29,737 bases of DNA, from positions 1 to 29,737 of the IMG/VR virus record IMGVR_UViG_3300033412_000214. The stretch is one strand, 5' to 3'. Made by a program: the position numbers and the translations under genes. Positions 23,111-29,737 of the stretch are shown one piece after another; position 1 is the stretch's first letter; each line of letters begins with the position of its first letter. The notes beneath the pieces are model-generated. The model was not told where the DNA came from, searched no databases, and saw nothing but the letters and a program-made list of their open reading frames with translations. The DNA is from a virus (lineage: Duplodnaviria; Caudoviricetes).

Positions 23111-23931
23111 GCTTCAGTGTTCACCGCTAGCACGTCCCATTTGGTGTCAGTGGCGTTATAGACCGCACCAACGTAGGTGGTTTTCCCAATCACTGTTGTG
23201 GTTGGGGCCACGGCACCGATGTTGCGAAAAATTGCGTTCCAGGTCAGCGCGCGCGCTGTGCCGTTATCTTTGAAACGGAAAATAAGTTTGTCGCCTGCAA
23301 CTGGCGTGCCGGTTGGGGCATTGATTGCGCACGCTGCCGAAAGCGCAGTGCGCACATAATAATCAGTCACGGAAATATCTGGCGACACGTCGCCTGATGC
23401 GGCGGATGACAGGCGCGGGTCCATGCGCCCCTGGATGGCACCGGATGTGACGGTGACGTTTCCTGCGAATGAATAATTCCCGCCAGTGAATGCCAACAGG
23501 TCAGCGGAATGCGTCAGCGAAATGTCAGCGTTGAAAACAATGGTGCCGCCGCTCGCCAGAAATAAATCCGACCACTGCAGTGATGGTGACCCTAACGGCG
23601 CGCCGTCATTGGCTGCTGGCGTTATAGGCGCAAGTGCGCCGGAATAAATGTTGTCAATCTCTGCGCCAGTGCCAACGGCTACATAACGAAAGACGCGCGA
23701 CGTGACGCCCTGGGTGACAGTAACTTTGTAGGCACCACCGGCGACATGAAAGGCAACCAGGCCATCTGATCCACCTGTGAACGGATTGCTCAGTGGTGTT
23801 GCGCCCGCCCTATCGGAAAAAATATTTGCCAGCAGACCTGTGCTTTCCACGCGCACTTCCACGCTGGGCAATGTCAGAACGTTTCCGGCATCGTCCAACG
23901 CAAATGCCTGATAGCGGGCAAGTGTCGCCAT
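23107..23931 (-). CDS. Tail fibre protein
   Basis: N-terminal adaptor VEVR.E.TG.LA.IFSDRAG.TP..NPF..DG...F.V.GG.YK; C-terminal D.GT.R.LTW...F ... Y......W domain. Confidence 0.75.
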   Translation of the reverse strand: MATLARYQAFALDDAGNVLTLPSVEVRVESTGLLANIFSDRAGATPLSNPFTGGSDGLVAFHVAGGAYKVTVTQGVTSRVFRYVAVGTGAEIDNIYSGALAPITPAANDGAPLGSPSLQWSDLFLASGGTIVFNADISLTHSADLLAFTGGNYSFAGNVTVTSGAIQGRMDPRLSSAASGDVSPDISVTDYYVRTALSAACAINAPTGTPVAGDKLIFRFKDNGTARALTWNAIFRNIGAVAPTTTVIGKTTYVGAVYNATDTKWDVLAVNTEA

Positions 23932-23942
23932 GTGATTTGTCC

Positions 23943-26216
23943 TTAGTTGATTTGAGGCCCGCGCACGTCACCAGTCAGCGCGCCAGGCGTGAACGTGGTG
24001 CCGTCAAAGCTGCCGGTGGTGCAAAAGCTGATGCCGTCAATTGCGCTGCCAGCGGCCAATCCCCCTGTGCCACCGATGGACCCAGGCTGACCAGTTAGAC
24101 CAGGGCCGGAATATCCGAAGGCAGCGCCACCAGCTTCCGTGGTGCCCGCAAAACCAGTGCCGCCACCGGCATCCGCGCTATTTTGCCCGCCTAACCCTGG
24201 GTCAAAGCCAGCGCCACCGCCGCCGCCCCAATAGTACGCGCCACCACCTGAGAAAGAGGCCAGGCCACCACCGCCGCCGCCTGACCAAATCTGGCCAGGG
24301 CATGACAGGTTGATTGCGTATCGCGTATAGATCGCTGGGCCACCAGCGGTGCCGATGCCCTGTATGCCCGACCCCTGCCCGCCGTGGCCCTGGATGCGCC
24401 CAGCCACATGCACAATGATGGTGACACCTGCTGGCCAACTGCCAACGTCAACAGCAAATGCCGTTGTGGATGTTGACCCGACTTTGACGCCAGCATTGAT
24501 GGTCAGAATGACCGTGATGCCGCTTTCTGGTGCCGGATAAATGTCATCATGCGCGCTGCGCAGATTGATGTTTTTATTGTCGGCATCAACAATGATGCGC
24601 CTAATGGCCAGGTCTTCAGTTGCCGCTGTATATAAGACTTCCTCGCTTTCCACCTCAATGAAGTCAGGGTTTGCGCGCAGTCGCGTGACCTGCAGGTTGA
24701 CCGTTTCGTTTGCGCCAGTGGCCAACTGCAACGGCCAGGCCTGCATCTGATAACCCTGGGCCAACTGCACTTCAGGGATGGAGTTGCGCAGCACTGAAAA
24801 CTTTAGTTTGCGTGGCGGGTCTTTAAAGCGGCCAATCAGAATTGTGCCCAGGCGGTCAGCAATTGATCGGCCCAGCGCCGGTATCCAGCGGGAAAAAATC
24901 TCTTGTATCATCGCAGACCCATAATCGGTTTCCGATTGGTCATCTGTGATGTTTGAAGCGCTGCGATAATTGGCCTTGTCAGTCAGCGATGTCAGTGGAT
25001 TGATTTGCCCAAAATAAGTATGCACCTGCGAAATGCGCTTATCCGGCTGGTCAGACACGTCAAGCGTGTCCAACGCCATGTTCTGTTCACTGAATAAATA
25101 GGTGGTGTAAATCAGACCGCGCAAAACCAGCAGGCCAATTTTTTGGTTGCGGTCATCCCACCACATGGACAGACCGGCCTGTTGTATCAATTCAGAAATA
25201 AGTGTGTTTACTGACGTAGGCTGCGCGATGGTCGCTGTGTAAAGCCGGTTTAGATATGACTGCACCTCTGCGGTCCAATCGGATAGCGGGATATAGCTGG
25301 GGTCAACGCCAGCATAGGTGGTCAGCAAATCACTGATGATGATGTCAGGTGATTGTGCTGCATAGCGCAGCACAAGTTGCACGCGGTCCTGCGCGGCATG
25401 TGTGTTCGCGACCGTGCCAAGCTGGGCGCGCGTGATGGTCAGAACGTCGCCTGATGGCGGGCTACCGCCGCGCGTGAAAGAAACAATTTCGCTGCCGCCA
25501 ATCGCAACCCAGCCGCTGCCGGGATATTCCGACCCAATGCCCGCAGGTGATAGCGTTAGCGTTGTGGCCACCGCCGTGATGTCGCTGACCAGGTAACCGT
25601 TACTCACAGCAGGTGCCATGGCGCGGTCACCGTCTGCCAGTTTCAGCAAATCTTTGGCGATTAGTTTGAATTCGCCGTTGTTGGTTGGGCCTGAAATACT
25701 TTCAATGATGAAATGCCGGGTTTCCATATCGGCCAGCGCCTGGTCCGTGGTCCCGGTGATCCAACGCAGATTTCTGCCGCGCACGAATGGATGACGCGCG
25801 GCAAACTTTCCCCAAAACGTGCCCTGGTTGTATGGGTCATAGGTGCGGTCAGCCAGGTATTTGTCAAAGCCAGCACCAGTGTCTGAATGCCGGTGGTCAT
25901 CAAATGTGATTGTCAGCGTTGCGCGCGTGCCCAGGTCTTTGCCCAGCGATATGGCGGCTGGGTCAAAATCAATTGTTTTAATGCTGGGGATGCATTCGAT
26001 ATTGGCGGGGATGTAGTCGGTGGGCACGGCAAAGCGCATTGTCACCGGAACGTTGGTGAAGTTTGCCCGGTCTTGGCACGTCACTGGTGTGTTGAAACAC
26101 TTGATGGTGCCGGTTGGCGGCGAGTTTGTCAGCGATGCCTGACATGGCGCAACGCCATAAGTCAGACTGCAGTAATCCAAATCAATTTCAATGAACTGCA
26201 GAATTTTCTGCGACAC
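23943..26216 (-). CDS. Tail tip/hub protein with C-terminal gp38-like Gly-rich domain
   Basis: EID.DYC.L.YG..PC....KCFNT..TCQD N-terminus; EIV.F...LTITRAQLGT...H; C-terminal V.GRIQG.GG.G...GGPAI...G.IW.GGGGGG. Confidence 0.8.
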   Translation of the reverse strand: MSQKILQFIEIDLDYCSLTYGVAPCQASLTNSPPTGTIKCFNTPVTCQDRANFTNVPVTMRFAVPTDYIPANIECIPSIKTIDFDPAAISLGKDLGTRATLTITFDDHRHSDTGAGFDKYLADRTYDPYNQGTFWGKFAARHPFVRGRNLRWITGTTDQALADMETRHFIIESISGPTNNGEFKLIAKDLLKLADGDRAMAPAVSNGYLVSDITAVATTLTLSPAGIGSEYPGSGWVAIGGSEIVSFTRGGSPPSGDVLTITRAQLGTVANTHAAQDRVQLVLRYAAQSPDIIISDLLTTYAGVDPSYIPLSDWTAEVQSYLNRLYTATIAQPTSVNTLISELIQQAGLSMWWDDRNQKIGLLVLRGLIYTTYLFSEQNMALDTLDVSDQPDKRISQVHTYFGQINPLTSLTDKANYRSASNITDDQSETDYGSAMIQEIFSRWIPALGRSIADRLGTILIGRFKDPPRKLKFSVLRNSIPEVQLAQGYQMQAWPLQLATGANETVNLQVTRLRANPDFIEVESEEVLYTAATEDLAIRRIIVDADNKNINLRSAHDDIYPAPESGITVILTINAGVKVGSTSTTAFAVDVGSWPAGVTIIVHVAGRIQGHGGQGSGIQGIGTAGGPAIYTRYAINLSCPGQIWSGGGGGGLASFSGGGAYYWGGGGGAGFDPGLGGQNSADAGGGTGFAGTTEAGGAAFGYSGPGLTGQPGSIGGTGGLAAGSAIDGISFCTTGSFDGTTFTPGALTGDVRGPQIN

Positions 26217-27046
26217 TAAACCACGCCCGTCATTTCCATGCTCATCGCTACCAGCCCATGCGGCGCTTCGTTCACTGGCAGCGGGTCATTCGTCATGTGG
26301 CAATAACCGATTTCAGCCGGGTACGTGCCGGGACGCCAGGCAAAGAAAAATGGATTGGTTTTGCTGGACACTAGAAATTCAGCGATGTGGTCACGGAAAT
26401 AAGTTGGGCCAATCAGTGACAGCGGAATTGTGTTTTTCACAAATTCCTGCATCACGATCCGCCCCAGGAATTGACCCGCTTCACTGCGGCCATTCGTGAC
26501 CTTGGCAACGCGCGCATAGTTGATCGGTGCCAGCCCTTGATAAATCTTGCGCGGCAGCACCAACAGCTTTCCCGCAAACATCACCGCAATCTGCGGGGCC
26601 ACAGCGGATGCGCCCAACCTGACTGCTATATTTGTGGCTAGTGATTGCGCGGTGAAGCGAAACAGCGCAGGTCCATCATCTGCCAGCAGTGTTTCTGGCG
26701 TCAGCGCCACAAAGGCAGGTGGGCTGGATGTGTCAAAATAACCAACAGTTACGCTGCTGGCGATGGTGCCCAGGTTGTGGCGCGCAATCGCAACATAGTC
26801 CAACGGGTCAGCCGTGCCGGTGGCGATTGAAAAGTAGGTGTAGCCACCAGACGCCGCTGCAGCACGCCAAGCCAAATGCGTTGCTGGATTGGCCAGATTG
26901 CTTTCGGGGTAATTTGCGTCAGATGTGCTTTGAAACGTGATGTTGCTTGCCGTGATGATGGTCTGCCATCCAATGATTGGATGGTCAGCGCTCAGGGCTG
27001 CTTCATCGGCAGTCAGAACCAGGTTTGAACTAACGATGACTGACAT
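26216..27046 (-). CDS. Distal tail protein (Dit-like)
   Basis: Directly after the tape measure; P.IGW, YP.SNL.NP.T...W, DYVAIARHNL, S.AGQFLGR, PFFFAWRP. Confidence 0.7.
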   Translation of the reverse strand: MSVIVSSNLVLTADEAALSADHPIIGWQTIITASNITFQSTSDANYPESNLANPATHLAWRAAAASGGYTYFSIATGTADPLDYVAIARHNLGTIASSVTVGYFDTSSPPAFVALTPETLLADDGPALFRFTAQSLATNIAVRLGASAVAPQIAVMFAGKLLVLPRKIYQGLAPINYARVAKVTNGRSEAGQFLGRIVMQEFVKNTIPLSLIGPTYFRDHIAEFLVSSKTNPFFFAWRPGTYPAEIGYCHMTNDPLPVNEAPHGLVAMSMEMTGVV

Positions 27047-27050
27047 TTGG

Positions 27051-29024
27051 TCACGCCATCTTTATTTTCAGGCCGTCACCAATGGCCGTGTTCAGATTAT
27101 CAACCAGGTCACGCAGCACATCACCCCTAAAGTAGTCTTTCGCATTAAGACCGCGCACGGTGATGACATTGCCGCCGCTGTGGTTGTCGCCATATTTATT
27201 CTGGTCAACGGTGACGCGCTCGCCTGGCGTTGCCATGATCGGCACTAATTGACTGTCAACACCGCCAGCACCGCTGACCTGCATCGAACCACCAAGGGCC
27301 ATTCCGGTTGGCGGCTTCTGCGCAATGATTTTGGCGACTTGCGCCATGCCTGCAGCAATCACACCAGCCGCTGCAATTTCACCAAATGGCGGCGGCAGCG
27401 TTGCCAGTGCCTTGGTGGCACCAACCAGGGTGTTGATGATGGCCTGAGAAATACTGAACGCCTTGCCAATCAAAAACATTTCTTTGTTGCCCTTGGCAAA
27501 GGTGTTGAAGAAATCGGCAAAATTACCCATCGCGCCAGCCATCGCGGTGCCGTAACTTTCCGCCATCGTCGCTGCGGCTTTCATGGAAGCCTGCGCCGCT
27601 TGGTTTGCCAGTTCAGGATGTTGCTGCAGCACCGTATTGATGTCTCGCAATTTCTGCAGGTACTGGTCCCAGGGTGAAAGCGCATCCTGCTTTAGCTGTG
27701 CCGCCGCAATATCAATCGCAGCCTTTTCAGCCGCTGCCGCCAATTCATTCAGCTTCATTTTTTGCGTGTCAGTCAGCGTGATATTTTTTTCACGCGCGAT
27801 GGCTTCGGCTTCAAAATAAATTTTCAGCCGCTCTTGAACGCCCAGACCCTGGCCAATGGCCGCAGCTTCCGCTTGTCGCGCAGCAATTGCTTTGGCCTGG
27901 CTTTCAATAAAGCTGTCAAGCGCACTTTTTGACGCAAGCAATTCCGTCTTAACTTTTGTGGTGCCCTGGGCAACCTTGTCCATCAGTGATGGTAGGTTTT
28001 CAAGCGCATCAAAACCGCCAGCCTTGCCCATGTTTGCAAATTCGGCATTCACGCCCGCCAGCGCCAGGCGCAACTTTTCTGGGATTTCCGTCAGACCTTT
28101 TGCAGCGGCAAATTTTTTCTGCAGGTCAAGGCCACTTGATACAATCTCCCACAGGCCCTTGAACGCTTCGCCAACAAAGCCAATGACGGTGACAAGCGCT
28201 TTGAAATCCCGCAAATCCGTTTCAACCGTGTCGGCAACATTCTTAAACATGCCCTGCGACTTATCGCCTTCAGCAACCATCCTCAGCCATTCATCAGCAA
28301 GGCGCTGCAATACCGGCAGCAGGTCGCGGGCAAATGCCAGCTTGGTGGCGTCCGCTGAAGCATTTATTTTCTTCAGCGTGTCGTTAAATTGTTCGGCTTT
28401 CGCTGCCGTTTCAGTGCTGATGATGATGCCAAGTTTTTTGGCCTCTTCCGTCATCGCCTGAATACCGGTGCGGCCCTGGTTCAGCAACGGGATCAGATCG
28501 GCACCAGACTTGCCAAATATTTTGATTGCCAACGCGGTCTTCGCCGCGCCGTCTTCCATATTCGCAAATTTTGCTGCGATGTCTTTGAACGTGTCTTCTG
28601 TGCTGCGGACCTGGCCATTGGCATCAGTGACGGAAACGCCGATGGCCTTGAATACTTTGGCCACATCCCCGCCAGGGTTCACAGCACCTTCAAACATCGC
28701 CTTGGACAGCTTGCCCAGGCCTTTGCTTAAGCTTTCAAAGCTTACGTCAGCCAAATCGGCTGCATATTTCAGCGCCGAAAGACTTTCAACTGGAACGCCG
28801 AATTTTTGTGATGATTTGCCGAGTTGGTCAGCGGCATCAATCATGCCTTTGATGTCGTAAACAAACTTCGTTGCAGCCGCGCCGATTGCCAGTTTTTTGG
28901 CAAAGCTACTAAACTGCGCACCAAATTTATCTAACTGGCTGGCGCTTTCCTTCAGGCCACTGGAAAACGCTGCACTGTCCAGACCCAACAGGACGCGAAG
29001 TGCGCCAACAACTGCGTCAGCCAT
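27051..29024 (-). CDS. Tail tape measure protein
   Basis: GALRV.LGLDS..F..GL, LSALKYAA, KTALA..IFGKSG.DLIPLLN.G; Ala-rich helical; C-terminal GG.DSQLV...ATPGE.V. Confidence 0.92.
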   Translation of the reverse strand: MADAVVGALRVLLGLDSAAFSSGLKESASQLDKFGAQFSSFAKKLAIGAAATKFVYDIKGMIDAADQLGKSSQKFGVPVESLSALKYAADLADVSFESLSKGLGKLSKAMFEGAVNPGGDVAKVFKAIGVSVTDANGQVRSTEDTFKDIAAKFANMEDGAAKTALAIKIFGKSGADLIPLLNQGRTGIQAMTEEAKKLGIIISTETAAKAEQFNDTLKKINASADATKLAFARDLLPVLQRLADEWLRMVAEGDKSQGMFKNVADTVETDLRDFKALVTVIGFVGEAFKGLWEIVSSGLDLQKKFAAAKGLTEIPEKLRLALAGVNAEFANMGKAGGFDALENLPSLMDKVAQGTTKVKTELLASKSALDSFIESQAKAIAARQAEAAAIGQGLGVQERLKIYFEAEAIAREKNITLTDTQKMKLNELAAAAEKAAIDIAAAQLKQDALSPWDQYLQKLRDINTVLQQHPELANQAAQASMKAAATMAESYGTAMAGAMGNFADFFNTFAKGNKEMFLIGKAFSISQAIINTLVGATKALATLPPPFGEIAAAGVIAAGMAQVAKIIAQKPPTGMALGGSMQVSGAGGVDSQLVPIMATPGERVTVDQNKYGDNHSGGNVITVRGLNAKDYFRGDVLRDLVDNLNTAIGDGLKIKMA

Positions 29025-29033
29025 GCCACATCC

Positions 29034-29369
29034 TCAGTGTTGCTGATAAATGACCTTGCCGCCCGTTGCGATTACCCACGCCTTCAATCCCTCTATCTGG
29101 TCTTCCATTGACTGCTGCCGGGTCTGACTTTTCGCCAGCAAGCTTTGCAGTTGCGGAAACTTTCTGGCGCGCGTTAGGCCAGCCGTGTGCCATGCCTGCC
29201 ACGCGCGTTCATTGTGTTGTTGGATTTGCAGTTCATTCACGGCTTGCCAGGTCAGTGAAAGCGTGCGCGGGGTCTGGTCCCAAAAGGTGTCATGGTCGTA
29301 ACCCAGCATAAGCCAACGTTTTAGGAGTTCATCCCAATCCGTGCTTTCACTGCCCGCGTAGGGCGGGCA
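29034..29369 (-). CDS. Tail assembly chaperone, T portion (probably expressed via -1 frameshift from G)
   Basis: Frame open from 29369: DWDELLKRW.MLGYD.DTFWDQTPR; overlaps the end of G in the -1 frame; no clear RBS for ATG 29309. Confidence 0.7.
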   Translation of the reverse strand, partial: CPPYAGSESTDWDELLKRWLMLGYDHDTFWDQTPRTLSLTWQAVNELQIQQHNERAWQAWHTAGLTRARKFPQLQSLLAKSQTRQQSMEDQIEGLKAWVIATGGKVIYQQH

Positions 29370-29683
29370 TCAGTGGCACCATTCGCCTTCGCCATCGCCG
29401 CTTCAAACGCTTCCAGGAATATTTCCGCCACGCGCGTCTGACCCAATTCGTCCATCAGGTCGCCAACATCCTCTTCCGTCATCTGATGTTGCCGGAATAG
29501 ACCAGCCCAAAAAATCAGCCGCGCATCTGCAGCGCCCAGGTCTTCAAACTTGGCTTTGATGAACTTGCCCCAACTCAGTTTGGTTTTCGCTTCAATCAAC
29601 GCCTGGGCATTGGTGCCGAGTTTAAAGGTGAAGGTTTCGCCGCGTGCTTCAAAATACACCTCGCCTTTCAGCGGGTTTGTCAT
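29321..29683 (-). CDS. Tail assembly chaperone G (GTA-gp10-like)
   Basis: AGGAGG RBS; MTNPLKGEV.F...G..F.F.LG.NA...IE ... R.IFWAGL...H; two genes upstream of the tape measure. Confidence 0.8.
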   Translation of the reverse strand: MTNPLKGEVYFEARGETFTFKLGTNAQALIEAKTKLSWGKFIKAKFEDLGAADARLIFWAGLFRQHQMTEEDVGDLMDELGQTRVAEIFLEAFEAAMAKANGATDARPTRAVKARIGMNS

Positions 29684-29700
29684 TGTTGCGTTTCCTCCTA

Positions 29701-29737
29701 TCATATGACGGTCAAGCCTGTCGGTTCACCCGATGGC
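29701..29737 (-). CDS. 3' end of probable major tail (tube) protein, partial
   Basis: ...PSGEPTGLTVI*; SG.P ending and position directly upstream of chaperone G. Confidence 0.5.
   Translation of the reverse strand, partial: PSGEPTGLTVI

Noticed and set aside
27249-28860. Plus-strand ORFs over the tape measure gene
   Set aside because: Antisense shadows with no RBS or recognisable domains.
27051-29737. Gene transfer agent cluster
   Set aside because: The GTA-gp10-like chaperone is shared with phages, and the element has its own replication, integrase and cos-type HNH genes.

Overview
About 30 kb of a temperate, cos-type siphophage genome, most likely infecting an alphaproteobacterium (Rhizobiales/Bradyrhizobium-like, inferred from gene families and a CtrA-type box). 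No host genes are visible and a candidate attP is intact, so this looks like the free, unintegrated form; base 1 may lie at or near the cos end. Layout: (1) minus strand 58-5785: Cro-like regulator, VRR-NUC nuclease, hypotheticals, primase-helicase, a GTGACG iteron-like ori, a NusG/RfaH-like antiterminator and a terminase-associated HNH; (2) mostly plus strand 6141-19067: excisionase-like HTH, YqaJ exonuclease/Bet recombinase, a large serine integrase, a lipoprotein, many small HTH proteins and accessory ORFs; (3) minus strand 19117-29737: end of the tail tube gene, G/GT chaperones, tape measure, Dit, tail tip, fibres and lysis cassette. Main leads: a stand-alone 75-aa ubiquitin/MoaD-like protein ending in Gly-Gly near a Cys-x-His protein that loosely resembles an E2; a 52-bp attP-like palindrome inside the 3' end of the integrase, whose use would remove a C-terminal Ala-Ala degron; a perfect CtrA box and a multi-hairpin leader upstream of the integrase; no cI beside cro; and apparent TCGA/GATC avoidance. 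All family calls come from reading motifs by eye; no searches were run.
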